A stretch of DNA of 63,548 bases, the filler included, from Perkinsus olseni (Eukaryota): NCBI GenBank assembly GCA_013115125.1. It is 3 parts of 3 records of this genome, joined end to end, with 100 filler letters (N's around TTAATTAATTAA, not from the genome) between each part and the next. Parts side by side here need not be neighbours in the genome. Positions count along the whole stretch, not along the records: positions 1 to 21,174 come from JABANN010000559.1; 2 more parts are not named here. One strand, given 5' to 3'. The notes below the pieces were generated by a model that worked only from the letters and a program-made list of their open reading frames with translations, did not search any database and was not told the DNA's origin. This document shows positions 1 to 13,850 of this stretch, piece by piece. The position numbers and the translations under genes are program-made. The stretch's first letter is position 1, and each line of letters begins with the position of its first letter.

Positions 1-36
1 TCTCAGGTTATCCGAAACCCAGGCTCTCGAAACATC

Positions 37-3000
37 TTAACGTGCATTAGTCCGTTTGAAGACGCTACTCTTCAACGATCCACTCCCAGGACTTCGGACC
101 ATATCCCGGGTCCACATGTCGCTCGGGAATGTCCTGAACGCAGGTTGCTTCCCAGTCGCTCTTGCTCCGTCGCGCTTTCCCGAGGTGGCGGTGTGCGGAG
201 CCTTCTTTTCGCCGATCAGGGCCGCCTTCTTAAAGTATTCCGCCATCTTCACCATGCAGCCTCTCTCTCTGGCCCAGTCAACCCAGCGAGCCCAGTCGCC
301 CACAGGATTCGCCGCCAACGTTTTGACGTCCCCAAAAACAACCAACCCTCGTTTGGCTCTCGTCAGCATCACGTTCATTCTCCTAGGGTCCGCCGTGAAA
401 CCTATCTCGCCTTCACGGTTCGACCGAACTGCGCTGAACAGAATGAGTTCTTTCTCGCTGCCTTGGAATGCATCCACTGTATTGATACTCAGTTTGCTGA
501 TACTTTCACGAGACAAACGGTAGTCCGACTCTAACGCCTTTTCGATCTGCGACTTCTGACCATTATACGGCACAACGATCCCGATCGCCTCCGGGTCCAG
601 CCCGGCCTCGACAGCCAACACCATCGCGTCGATCACGGCCTTGGCCTCGGCCCGGTTAGAGAAAGTCGTGCCCACTCTTGTCTCCCCACCGGTCACCGAA
701 TTAGTGTCCACAAGACACACTTGCACGCCTGATGCAGGCCAATACAATCCTGGTATCACCGGCCGCTGCCCGACGGCATCGCTGATTCTCCCTTCATAAA
801 AATTGATATTGGAAAACTCAGCGATGCTAGGGTGCATTCTCCGCTGCACGTCCAACATGTGCAGCCGACCGCCGGACTCGAGAACCCGCTCAAACAGACT
901 CGTACCGAAGCCCCGCTCTAGAGCGGCCGCCGAGCACACCGTAGCCGACAGCTGCTTGTGATCGCCTGAGAGAAAGGAAGGTCAATGGCTCGAGGAAATA
1001 GTCTGCGGAACTCGGCGAGGTTCCGAACTTTCTTCACGAAGTCTGGACAGATTGCATTTGAGCGATAAACATGGTCTCTCAACGGTCCCGAGTTGCCCAA
1101 GTGTACGAGCGGAAAAGTAGAACATCCACTGTTGAAGGGAAAGTGGTCACCGCCAGTACTGAAGTCTGCAGACGGAAAACTGACCACTCGTGGCATATAG
1201 ATTGCTGGCTCTTTCGCTAAAGCCCTGTAGATTATGATATCGCCGATGAGCAGCAGAGCTCACCCAATAGAACACAGCGTTTGGCCCCACGCGCCAATGG
1301 AACCAAAGTTGCGGGCTCAGTCGCTTGAGTGCATTCATCAATGACGACCGAGTCGAACGTGAGCCCATCGAGCATCGGGTGGCCGCTTCCGATACAGGTT
1401 GCGACCAGCACGGGGAACCTGATAGGCCGAATCCATGCCTCCTTCAGCGACCGCACTGATACCGACCTAACCCGTAGCGAAGGTGGACCGGTGACGCGAG
1501 ATGGGAATGCAATCAGGAGTTTTTCGACCGCAACAACTATAACAAGTCCTATGGTGGCTGGCACCAGGCGCGCCTTCCATTGACACCCAAAAAGCAATTC
1601 GAAAGCCACTCGTTCCAATTTCGAGACAGCGTAGTGCTGGCTGTTAGTTATAGAGGCTCTCTACTGATTTCAAAAAGAGCTTTACTAACCTGTTGACTGC
1701 GATCTTGTCCATCTGTGTCCGGAGTGCCGGTAGACGGCGGAGCTGACCTAGCTCTACCGCTTTCTTATACTCCTTCACCAGTGGGTGTCCTGAGAAGCAG
1801 AAGGGAGTCATTTGGCTTCATTCCTGCATGTGGCATCTTTCCATAACAGACCACACAGTCGGGTGGGAGACTGTCCATAGACGACTGCGGTGGTGGAATT
1901 GTGGCCCATAGACACAATGCCCTCAGGAACTTTGGCGCCACCAGAAACTCGTCTTCTGACGGCCTTTCTTCAAACCGTACTCTACGTTGTCCATTCGGCT
2001 TCCCATATGTCGCTCGGAATTACAGGGCATTCAATTACGTATCACAACCGAACGTGTACAGAGAAAACCATGTCCAACTGCTGTTGACCGTTTACCTCTG
2101 AGATAATGCTCCACTGTCTCCGACAGGTCAGGAGCTTGCGAGTCGACCATCCGCCCTACTCTGTAGCACTCGACGCCGTTCTTCTCGAGATGGCCGCGGA
2201 TGTTATCAGCCGCGGCGTTCGAGTCTGCTACGACGAGAACGCGACCTGAGCAGAGTGGCTCGGTACGACTCTACTGCGGCAGGGGTAGGCTTCAGAAGAG
2301 TACCAGTCAGTCAACTTACCCTCATTCTTCTGTAGGAGACCCTTCTGCCTCAATGGGCGGATCTTGTTCCGGACCCAGTGTTTTACAATTGCTACAGCAG
2401 TGTAAGTCTTGCCGGTTCCAGGAGGGCCTTGAATAAGCGTCAACGGAACGTTCCACGATCCATTTATCTGCCAATACCAGTGGCGCGCGCCCGTCCGATT
2501 GATAGTATTATATAAACTATATCCTTACCACGTTTCTCTGGTTGTCAGACAAGGGCATCCCCAGGTCCGGCAGATCCTCCGTGGGGGGCTCGAACGGAGG
2601 GGCAGATCGTAGGAGAGCGTCGCGCATTGACTCGTCGAAACGAAACCTGATAAATATGGCGATGGGAAGGTCTGCTAAACCGACTTCCGTCCACGAGGCG
2701 AGGGAGTTACCCACCTCTCCTTCTGCGAACCTCCCTTCAATTTGACGCCAGGCTTCAATGCGCAAAAGAGGCTGTTGTCACAGTGAGGCACTTCATACAG
2801 CACCCGAAGGGCCTCGCACATCCGGGAATGGCTGAAATGAAGCCGTACTCACGACTCTACTCGGGCCATCGTCTTACCTCACATTACTGTCGTCTAGCGG
2901 GAGGCAGCTCAGCTCAGTATTGGACAAGATGCTGAATTCTCGGGACTTCGACTCGAGCTCGGCTTCCTGGAATCACGACGAGACTCGTCGAGCGAGATAG

Positions 3001-6000
3001 AGAAGCCACCAATCACACGAGGAAAACTTTGCCGAGCAAGCCACCGACTGATCCTCACCCGGCTGGCAAGCGATAGTTTGAAAACGGCATCCTCTTCTGT
3101 CTGGTCAGCATCCACGATAACCGCGAGCACCTGTACGATGTGGCCGTTGATTTGTCGGAAGCCCGGCTGGTGCATCATACCGAGACTAGGTCGCCACTCT
3201 CACTCCGGTAGAAGGCGCCGGGCTCGAAAAGCATCAACAGTGAACCCTCACTCAGGTCATGCCCTTGCGCTTCTTGTGCCGAAACTCGCAGAGTAATTAA
3301 CCTGTGGGTGAAGAGTTTCGGGAGACTGGATATGCGATCAAAACAGATCATCGGTGCTATGGTGTAACGGTTAGCACTCCAGACTCTGAATCTGGCGATC
3401 TGGGTTCAAATCCCGGTAGAACCTATGCCGCTTGTATCCGAAGCAAGAACCCTATGATGATCGGACTACTGTTGTCATTCACCATTCGTGGTTCTATGGT
3501 GTAACGGTTAGCACTCCATACTCTGAATCTGGCGATCTGGGTTCAAATCCCGGTAGAACCTTCTTCAACCGGATTTCGAAAAGTCACTTACGGCGAGCTG
3601 TCGCGGCTGACGGATGCATTGAACGGCCTCGCTCCTGTATCTCTTGACTCCCTCACTGCGTTTTGGATCGCAGTCACTCTCTCTAGACCAATAAGGCCCC
3701 TCCAATGCGCGTAGCTCTCGCCTGATACCATCACAATCTCGCAAGATTGGCCTGATCTGCCTCCTACTGTAGTCGCTGAAGGCCTCGCACTTCACCGCAT
3801 TCAGGAAGCTACACAGGGTACTGGAGGCATACGCATGATCTGATGAACAGTATGGCGATAAAGGGGTGGCCGCCGCCACGAAGTGTTCCTTCGAACACCA
3901 GAAATATTCGCATCCGTACTTAGTTCGGAAGAAGGCATTTAGAGAATTTCCCAACGTCTACATACACCGCGTACCAAATTCTCAGAAGCAATGGTTTTTC
4001 TATCTCGCTTCTTTAACTATTCACAATTCAAACAAGCGCTTCTAGTATACCAGTCTACTTGTGAGCACCGCACGTAGTTCCGATAGTCCCAAATAAATAG
4101 AAGAATAATAAGATAAGAAATAATGAGATGTTCTATAAGAGTAAATTCATCATTTATGCATACAGCAAGGGATGAATTAGCATACCCTACCAAGTCTCAG
4201 CCCGAAACACATCAAACTGAGAGAGAAATTAAAAAAAACGTAATATTCTATTTCAACTTGGAGCCCTGCATATACAAGTCTATATGGGAATATGTGCCAG
4301 AAGTAGTCCCCACGCGTGGAACGCCTTATTATATACGCCTCGGGCAGCACTCACCTGATAAGTTGGCACACTCATCGACCATAGCTTCCCACAGGTACAC
4401 CGGCACGCCACCAGATTTTGCGCTTCCTGAAACCATCAAGATGAGAATGGTCGGCCCTCAAGAGTGCCCTTCCTTGTCGACTACTGCGGCGCAGCTGCTC
4501 TAAAATATCTTCCGTGATAGTCGAGTCGGACGAAGCGAGAACCGAGCGCCACAAAGGCAACAGGAAGAGCGCCAACGCATGCACCTAAGCGCAAGCCTCT
4601 GGGACTGAGCCGCTGTGAATCTCTACCGGGCCACTCCGAATCAGCGGTGTTGCCAGCCGAAGACCTTCCCCTACATCCCCACGATCGAGGGTGGCGTTGA
4701 TGAGCTCGCTTTGTTGCCAGACTCTAGCGGGAAGAGGCTGAACGCTCCCGTACTGTTCCAGCATAGACAGGCCTACAGAGCTCCGGTCGAGCGGACGACA
4801 CACAACTGGCAACCGATTCGGGAAACCGATCCGGGAAGCAACTTGCCATCGTTCTCTACCGAACGCCGATGGACCGATTATTCCCTCACTATAGCCTTAA
4901 CCACACTGAGTACGTCGCTCCGCTTTCCCCCTTCTTGACTTTGTACTCAAGAATGGCTCACAACTGCCCTCCTCGCAGTGAAACGCCCGCCAGCCCTCGG
5001 CCCTCGGGGCATTTCACCCGAGAGCCACGCACCCAGCACCCAATACTCACATGCCACCGCCTTAGCCGCCATTTTAGTGACGCCATCTCCCTTGGCCAGC
5101 AGTGATTCTGAAGTAACAATGGGTCGCAACGGAAAGGTAGTAACCCTGAGTGCAAGACACGCCCACTTTTCTCTCCGTCTTCCGTCCAGGTCCAGGCTAT
5201 CGTGGCTGTTACTCCCGTGACAACATCACCGAAAGTGATATTACTGTCGAGTTTGGTAGTCGCCGAGTCCGCCAATCGAACGCTCTGCAAGGTAGGACAA
5301 GATCACCAAATTTAAGTGCAAAAAACCACGAAACTGTTAAAGCCCTGCTGATAGCACAAAACTCCGTGTTAGCGAACTCCGTGTTTTCGTCTAGGGCGAT
5401 AACACGGAGTTCTCAATTGATGCCAACTACCGGAAATCACCAAATTTCCGCATCACCCTGAGGAGTACTGATCGTCACGCTGGGCTGGACAGCTGACAAC
5501 CCCACCGTCACCAATGGTGACTCACCATAGTACCAGATTGTTATAAGCGATCATCACAGTGCTCGCCTGGCTGCTGCTCAAGACCGGCGCTCCACCCGGA
5601 GTGCTCAAGTAGGTCTCCTCTGCAGTAGGCACCTGAACACCTCGAAAGTGACGGGCCGAGTACGACAACAGGGCGATGAGTCTATCGGCTTGCCAACTTG
5701 CCTCGTCCTCCTCCCCCTCCTTTCCAACATGAGTACCAGTGACCGTCCTGTACATGTCCTCCATCGCCTTCACCTCAGCTTCCTGCTGTGAATCTCCAAT
5801 GCCTAAAATCACGGCAAATGACGTTGAATGACCGGATGCTCCCAGTGCAGGGTAACTCGGAGCGTTTCCACTGACCCCTCCTCCCCCTCACCCGATCCCT
5901 TCCACGTCTTGGCCTCCTTAGAAGATCCAACCCTCTCCCAGACGATATCACAGCGGTGCTTGACACCACCCGCCATCGCGACGGAGTTGGACCTTGACCG

Positions 6001-7021
6001 CACTCCCATTTGCCTCTCGAGGTCCATGCACATCTTCTTCCACATCCAATACATAGTGGGTTGGTCATAGGGCAAGTGCTGTACGATCTGAGAGACAATC
6101 ACTTTTACTCAAGCTCCAGGGACGATCTGGATCGGCTTGACAGAACAGTATGTTAGACAATGGACTTTCACCCGTCATGTGAAAATCTTCACTGTACGAA
6201 TCTCGGGTGGAACTCCAATGATACGGATATCAAAAATTAATTCGAACCACTCGGACCAGTTCCGATTATTTCTCGACAAACTAAATCAAGAGGCTTTGTA
6301 TATCCTTAGTAAATGAGTAATTTTTCAGAGTAAATCAATGAATTTCTAGCACTCAGTTTTTATTTCACTCATAAGGATGAATAATCTTCTCCCCATTTTA
6401 CGCGGTCTGCTCGCAGCAATAAGCTCCAGGACACCGCCCCGCCTTTAGGGTGGAAATGAAACGGCCGCACTTCACGTGAACTCACCTTCCCTATCGCAAG
6501 CTTCTTCGTCCCTCTTTTGCTCGCTCCCTCGGCTTCCACCGTAACCGTGCATCCACTGGGACCTAGCTGCCACGTCAGCGATGATACGTACCTTTTAGTC
6601 CCATTAACAACAGATCAGGAAAAGCCCGCGAAGGTTCGATCCCCAGGCCCGGCACCTCAACTCACCCTCCTCTCGTTTCCCTGAATCTCTCTCCTATTTC
6701 CTTATAACCCTCTAGAGCCCCTTCTCCGTACAGTTCGTATAAGGCCAAGAGGTTATCCTCCTTATACATGTGCTCATGGTGATACGCCGGCATAGACTCA
6801 GGAGTTCCCAATGCCGGGATCGAACCCAGGACCTTTTCCTCGGTCGAGAGAATTGCCAAAGGCTCTACCGCTCGACCACTCGAGGGTAGATTATCAACAG
6901 GCCTTCGATTAACGGGCCTCGGCCATTGCTGCTCGCTCACCTCGAACCGAGGAGCTGCCGTGACACCGGAAAATGGCCTTCGGAGTACCACACCGCTCCG
7001 CCTGGATATTCGCGGCAGCAT
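37..7021 (-). CDS. Multi-exon superfamily-1 (UPF1/DNA2-NAM7-like) helicase with dsRBD-like N-terminal modules and a possible mitochondrial presequence
   Basis: Helicase motifs in successive exons: LIQGPPGTGKT (~2410-2440), VLVVADSNAAADN (~2205-2245), VVIDECTQATEP...LG (1232-1618 ORF), GDHKQL, SLFER, LDVQRRMHPSI, GIVVPYNGQ, NTVDAFQGSEKE, RRMNVMLTRAK (37-939 ORF). Upstream minus-strand exons run to MLPRISRRSGVVLRRPFS (ATG 7021). Joining the 5' exons to the helicase core is an inference. Confidence 0.75.
3353..3424 (+). tRNA. tRNA-Gln(CTG), with one acceptor-stem mismatch
   Basis: GGTGCTATGGTGTAACGGTTAGCACTCCAGA-CTCTGAA-TCTGGCGATCTGGGTTCAAATCCCGGTAGAACCT. Cloverleaf with A/B boxes; position 4 is G where the second copy has T. 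Confidence 0.88.
3490..3561 (+). tRNA. tRNA-Gln(CTG), with one anticodon-stem mismatch
   Basis: Near-identical copy 137 nt downstream. Perfect GGTTCTA/TAGAACC acceptor stem, but the anticodon stem is CCATA/TCTGG. Confidence 0.88.
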
Positions 7022-7322
7022 CAAAAAAATACTTACCACAGAAGAGCGTCAGGAAGAGTTCCTCACGAGAACAGTTGACACCGATAGAACCCGGAATAAC
7101 CGCGAGGGAAGAGATTCCGAGTGAAAAGTACAGCACACTGCGAAGAGCGACTCGAGGATTCTATGTCGCGCGCCACGAAATTGAGCCTACCGTCTACATC
7201 ACAGCCTGGTGAAACATATCGATTTCTCTGCCTCCACTCTATTGACCCACTTAACGCAGCACTAAGTCCCATCAAAACGGTTATCATCAAATTCATCTGC
7301 TGCGACTAAGTATCCTGAACAC

Positions 7323-7949
7323 CTACAACCTGCGCGGAGGGACTCTGGATCCCCCCGGCCTACCCAACCCCTTCCCCCTCCTCACCCCCCTCTTCTCATC
7401 CTCTCGCCTCAACTGCGCTCCTCTATCGACTGGCGATAGATTCACCGCATTCCTGATCATCGCCCGACCCCGCTCGTACTGGTCATCATAGAAATCCTCA
7501 CGTTCACGCTCACGCTCGGCTGAGCGGATCCTTGCGGCCTCAATGGCAGCCGCGCTCGCCCGACGCTCTTCCTCGCGAATCTGTGCCTCCCTTTTCCGCT
7601 GTATCTCAATCTCCCTCTCGTCACGAAGTCTATCTAAATTTTCGGCCGTGCTGCGGCCCAAGTCATCAACTTTAGACAACAAAGTTCTCAGCAAGTTCTT
7701 CACATCCCTTATCTCGCTCAGAGACCGCTCCAACTGCGCCTCAATATCCAATACCTCCGTAGGCGACTCAGCCTCGTAGGCGGCGGCCTCGCTGACTCTT
7801 CTCGCAGGATAGGTCTCAGGTTCGATTCCCACCTCCTCCATCCTTCTCAACCCGTCAGTGCGCCTGTACGGTCCCTCCGTATAACGAGCCCCTCTGCTGC
7901 TCCCACCACTCTCCGCTCTCACAACGTACCCACCGCCATTACGGCTCAT
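7323..7949 (-). CDS. Intronless hypothetical charged coiled-coil protein (~208 aa)
   Basis: Long ORF from MSRNGGGY with heptad-like LERSLSEIRDVKNLLRTLLSKVDDL and an E/R-rich helix; no recognised family. Confidence 0.6.
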   Translation of the reverse strand: MSRNGGGYVVRAESGGSSRGARYTEGPYRRTDGLRRMEEVGIEPETYPARRVSEAAAYEAESPTEVLDIEAQLERSLSEIRDVKNLLRTLLSKVDDLGRSTAENLDRLRDEREIEIQRKREAQIREEERRASAAAIEAARIRSAEREREREDFYDDQYERGRAMIRNAVNLSPVDRGAQLRREDEKRGVRRGKGLGRPGGSRVPPRRL

Positions 7950-9599
7950 GGAAACAGCCGCGCGAAAATACTGCGAACTGAAATCCACTCGCTGCTGATT
8001 CAATCATTATAAAAGAAAACACTTATCGTTCCTTTCTGAAACTAACTACGCTCTTTAATGAAGCTGTTGCATAGTAACGTCTATTAACTTCACGGCCTGT
8101 GCGCACAGCCATGTATCGGCGACAGAATTCGTGATCTCCAGAGCTGAACCTGACAGAATCGACACATTATGTGGACCGCCCAGACCGACAATCTAAAAAA
8201 TGACCTTGACTCAACTTGGCTTGACCAGAGGCTTCGGCGCTGAATTTCTCATACGTCATTTTGTTTCACTGCTGTGTGCATCGGAACTGAACTACTGAGC
8301 TACGTGCTCTCAATTTGATCAGTTTTGAGTCTCGAAAGATGATCAGTCTCCCGCAATATTTCCCGATTTCTCCGAATATTGCGCACCTGTGTCTGAACTG
8401 TGTAAGCACGATCGATATCTCATGAAGGAGAAAACATAATCGAATTGAAGCAACACGTAGAAGCGCATGATGACTAAGTTACTTCTTCTGACCACTTGCA
8501 GCATTGAACATCAAGTTTTGTGGGAAAAATGCCGCATAGCAGATTCCCTCTGTGTGGGGTCTTTCAAAAATCGTGATTGTATCCTCATCTATCAAATCCC
8601 TCGCCCGGAACATCACCCCTCCGCCGCCCTGCTGGCGCCTAGCTCTACCGGGAACCTTCACGCCGCTCGTCAATCAGCCTCTCGCCCAGCCGGCTGGCCC
8701 CTCTAAACACTCGTAGATTCCAAATAGCAAATCTCCATTCGAGCTTCGGAGTACACTATAGTTTGTATCTCCACAATTATGAAGTCTGCTATCCCCTCGG
8801 CAGTCTCTTTCTCCCCAATCTTCAGCGACCGCCCAGAGAAAGGGATCATTTTGTTCGAACCGGCAAGATGTACAGTAAGCACGCAGAGATCATCGGTATG
8901 GCCTTCACTGGGGGAGTCCATGAGTCCATCATTACGCAGAGACTCGAGCGCGGGTTCGGCCAGAAGCGCCACAGACTTTCTGCTGCCAACAAAGAATCCG
9001 CAAGGTTGCACAACAATGAGTAAACCCGGAGCAGATCAATTCTATTATCTACATCTTCAAGACATGCCCCTCGAACACCCTTCAGCTCGTTGCCGAGGAG
9101 AACACGTCCCCTCGCTTTGTCCCCGCCAGTCGAGCACCATCACGAATGCCAAAATCTCCCCATGGCATGGGGCCCATGCCGGTGGCACCGGCCCGGTGCT
9201 GCCGATTATAGCCTTTCGCATCCGAGCGAGTAACAGTATACTCACGCGACGCCAAGGCCGCTGTCAAACAGACGACGATGGAAGATCGCGTTCGTACCCG
9301 AAACTATGCAACCGGGAACTCATGCGATCATGTTCAATGACCTCGAAATCCACTAAAAAGCTGGTTTTGTGGGGAAACACTCTCCATCGTGTGCCGTTCC
9401 CACAAGTCCTGCCCGAATCTCATTTTTTGACCGCGACCCGCATAGTAGATACTCGAGTCGAGTATCCTCTCGAAGAGGGTATTAATTGGACGGAAAAAGT
9501 GAACAGAATCCAGAATGAATGATGGGCTTCCCACTGGCTTTCTCGTGGACATGAGCAGCAAGGGAGAGCCATCAGGTGGGAAAACGACCAAGATCGGCC

Positions 9600-12500
9600 A
9601 GCTTCATGCTCGATGGTCAAAAACTCACACTGCAAACGGTCTCGCAGAAACCGCATCTTCCGAGGGCCACAAAATCTCAGCATCGAAGGTGAGGTGTGGA
9701 CGAAACGGATAAGTTCAAGGCAACAGAGTTCGCCCGACGCTCACCAGTATCGGAGAATCCACAGTTCTCGAGCACCTCTATCGCCTCTCCAAACGGCGCT
9801 ACCCTCTCCATGAACGCCTTATTCGACTTGCTGAGAAAATCAGGGATTAGCCGACGCATTGTCCACAACAATCCTCCAATGCAAAATCATTCCGGAGTTC
9901 TAGGTCTATCAAACTGGAAAGCTCCACCATTATGCCACCATCTTACTTGATCTTGTGATACTTCTTCTCCGTGGGATGATCATGAGCATTCTGTAAATAT
10001 ATCCGCAAAGTCTTCAGACAAGTCTGCAACAAATACGCCGGAAATAACATGCTACTCATCCCTCTAATAAAATAACAGGCTGACCTAGGCCTAACACCTC
10101 CGACCAACCAGACGTGGAGATCTCTACATCTATTTCGTCAAGTCCATTATGGACTGTCCATACATACCCTCGTACGTGCATCACGGAAATCTAGACTCCG
10201 AAAATTCCACGGGAAAAATTCACGCATATCCCACCGCCAGCCGCATGCGACACGGATCGACGTCATCCATGAACCACTGAATTGCAGACCGACTAATTCG
10301 TGGCGCAGCGACTTGCACTCCCTTCTCGGCTCACCATCAGCCCCTGCAAGTTGCTCTCCTTGTACTCCTTCTTCAGGTTTCGCAGGTGATACGCGATCGC
10401 TTCCTTCGGTTTCATCTGGCTCACGTCTGTGCTTTTCTCAAAATAGTCTGCCTGAACACACGAGCATCTCTCCTCATGCTGATCGTCCCTTCCCTGCCGC
10501 GAAAACTGGCGAGCAGAACCGCGCAGGAATCGATCCAACCAGCGCGCCACTCCTCGACTAACCTCGGAGATTTGCCCCTACGCATGTCTAACCGCCATAG
10601 AACTATTGAATACTTTTCTTAGTTCACATGCGACTCTCTCAATTCTTACAATCACGGTCTGGTGATATTCCCTTACCGGAGGGTCCCTTCCGAATCTTCT
10701 CCGATAATCCTCGACCATCTTCTCTCGCAACTCCTGTCTATGCCTTACATGGTCTTCTCTCTCTCTCTGCATTTCCTCCATTTCTGAACGTACTCATCAC
10801 CACCGGAGATAATCACCACCAGAATCACGCATGCCCCAACAATAATCATCATTGCTCCATACCTCATTCACCAAAAAATCAATTCAAAATTTGGAAAAAA
10901 AATTCGGAACAAAAGAAGGCTCGCTGATAAGTTCTTCCCTAAACTTAGCGATCCCCCGCACCCCCTCGCAGCATGCTTCAACCCGAAAGCGATGAGCAAG
11001 CGCGAGAGCTGCTAAACGGATCCCCACCTCTCTTCCGTTTCTCTTCAGCCAAGTGCGCCTGCGTTTCTTGCATCAGCTTAGTATTCTCGATTCGAGCCTT
11101 CTCCTTTTCCCGGGCTTCCTTCTTTTCCCTGAGATATCATTCCCAACGTCATCACACACGTCAAAGATAGGCAGTCGGGTACCTCTCCATCCTGTCCTCT
11201 CGAAGTTTCTTCTGGAGCTCCAGTGCCTTCGCTTGGGCCTCTTCCTTCGACATCTGTGGCTTGGGAGCGGGCAAGGGCTTGTCAATCTAAAGAAATCCAG
11301 AACTCTCCGATTCCGTGAAGGCAAATTCCATCTTACATCTTCGTCATTCTCATGCTCCCCTAGCCACTGCACGGCATTCTCAACGCCAGCATTATCCGAG
11401 TAATACAGCGCCCTTTCCGCTCGAACAAGAGGGAACCCCATGCCTTCAGTCAGCTCCTGAAACAGCCGTCATCATTCACATTTGCTCGAATATTTCCTCA
11501 TTATTCTAATGAAATCCAACCTGTGAGTCCTCAAGGACAGAAAGACATGCACTTCACAGATTCATAGGGCACATTTGAGCGTGGAAGAATCATACGAGAG
11601 ACCCGACTCCCGCAGAATTGGTTGTGTCAATGTCTTCGCGAGTTGTCTGAGGCAGATCTAAAGTGTGAGTATCATTGCATTGTTATCATCACTCATTTCC
11701 ATCATACACAGTAAGCAGGGGAAGCATTTTATCGTGCTATTGCGACCGACTCTGTAACCACAGCGTCCAGAGGTAAAATAGGATATTCCGATTCATTATA
11801 TCCACTCCTCGAAATATAGGGCATTTTTCCACAAGAGGCAAAGCAAAAGATCTCCTACCCGCCTTCTTGCAGCCGACCACCACCATTCCCAGCGGATACT
11901 ACCTTGAGCATATCTTTATTGACCATATCTTTGACATTCTGAGGATTCTCTCCACTATCCGGTACGAGTTGACCATGCTCATCCACATCCATCGGTGTGG
12001 TGGCTCCCTCCGGCAACCGCAGAGGCTCCTTGAAGTCGGGATCATTCTCGTGCTCCTGCACACAATGATATCATCCTCGTATGAAAACTGCCCACCGGAT
12101 GGCAGCCGGGTAAGATTATGGAAATAGCAAGACGCTACTGAGCTCCTAACCCTTATCACAACCTAGGTACGAGTTGGCACTGATCAGTTCAAAAAAATTT
12201 CGCAGCGCTTGCTCCCATGGGGTGTAAACGTTACGTAGCCAGATAAGAATACACCCGTACTAGGGTTCCATTGCTCTACGGACGAATGGTGATAGGAGAC
12301 AGTGCAAGACCTTATGGAAAGATCTGAACCGTGACCCTCCCACCAAGTCTCCTACCGCTATCCACTCTTCAGCTTTCTTCAGGTTGTTGTTGCCAAACCA
12401 CAATGCTTTCTCGGCCACAACGACCGGATATCCTCTGCCTTCGAAGAGAACCTCCACCTTCCTAGAGTCCGCGAAGTCCACCACCTGTAACACAAGTTCC

Positions 12501-13850
12501 GCGCAGGGGCTATGACTCGAATAACAGGGGCGAAATGACACTCAGTTAGAATTCCTGTATTCCGATCGGTCACCCCTCGCGGACGAGATCATCCGAGGGC
12601 AGTACACCACAACCTATTTCTCAAGCCACCGCAACAGTGAATGCATAGGAGCTCATTACCATCAACTTTGCGTCACCCTAAAATACTACTCTGTGCGAAA
12701 ACAACTAGTCACATTACCATTCATAGTGGTTTCTTATATACACTTATGCACACTACGAACCGCTGAATTTACTCACCCCACCACGGAGCAAATTTTCCCA
12801 TAGGCTCTCTTCGATCGCAACCTCAACCTCAACACACACCAAAAAATAACCTCAGCGCCATGACAAGCCCATGCAGCAGCTCAGACATTCCCGTATCCGA
12901 ATGAGAGGGCCTCTCCCGTGTCATAACAGCAACTCACCCGAGGGTCGTTCTGGTGCTGGTTCTGCTTCTGTAAAATCCGATCTCGTAGCTCCGCGACGGT
13001 AATCTGAAACGGAAACGTAAAACAACCGGTTTCCAACACAGCCACGAGAGAATAACTCTCCTTATTCTCGATCAAAAATACGCAGGTGATGCTAGCACTA
13101 CGGGTAGCGTCACCGCGCCGCGAAATTAACATCAACTACCTCCGAGAAGTTCTCAGCTTTCTCGCCGGTCCTCATGCAGAAGCGCTTCACCTCCTCGTCC
13201 GTGAAACAGTACTTTCCCGACACGTTAGATACCATAACTTTGGCATCCGGTGACACCTGCCACAGACAGGGCATTTAGGAAGGACTGCAGGCCGCTCGGG
13301 TAAATCACTCAGCTGGCGAAAATCATTGCCGACTATGCCCTCTTGATAGCGAGCACAAGGAGGCAGGCCACTTTCAGACAGCCGATTCGTGTAGTAGGAA
13401 ATCCGGATGCCTCCGAGAGTATGGGTAACTCCCACTGAACGAGATTGTACCTTCTATCCGGCTCGAGCACGCACGCGATACCCGAAATCAGCGACGATCA
13501 TTAATGTCAAGAGCAACCGTCAACTAACGTATCAGTTTGTAGGGAACACTGAACAACGATAGACTTGGATAAATCTTCGCTGCTGAGACACTATCTCGAG
13601 CCAACTATCGGACTATGAAGATACATACTTTCGCCACGACTACACGACGACGACGACGACGACATACACCAGCGAGCAACTCAGCGCAGGATTTCTGTCA
13701 CGCGCCAATTAATTCGTACTCTACTACCTCTTCGAAGTCCTGGGATCCGATTGCTTTGGCATGGTCTTCAGCATCCTCTGGTGTAAAGAATAGCTGTCCA
13801 GTTTTATTGCAGCGCAGTATCATATTATTGGCCCCTCCTGAGCTGGACAT
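9600..13850 (-). CDS. Multi-exon UBA + coiled-coil + PUB domain protein (p97/ubiquitin adaptor-like); 3' end uncertain
   Basis: N-terminal MSSSGGANNMILRCNKTGQLFFTPEDAEDHAK. Two UBA-like units (GRGYPVVVAEKALWFGNNNLKKAEEWI..EHENDPDF; GMGFPLVRAERALYYSDNAGVENAVQWLGEHENDED). PUB-like CLKTLRIYLQNAHDHPTEKKYHKIK..SNKAFMERVAPFGEAIEVLENCGF. Confidence 0.8.

Noticed and set aside
8479-9522. 247-aa plus-strand ORF 8779-9522 and scattered minus-strand exon-like pieces
   Set aside because: No recognisable motif and no consistent splice model; may be a tail of the UBA/PUB gene but unsupported.
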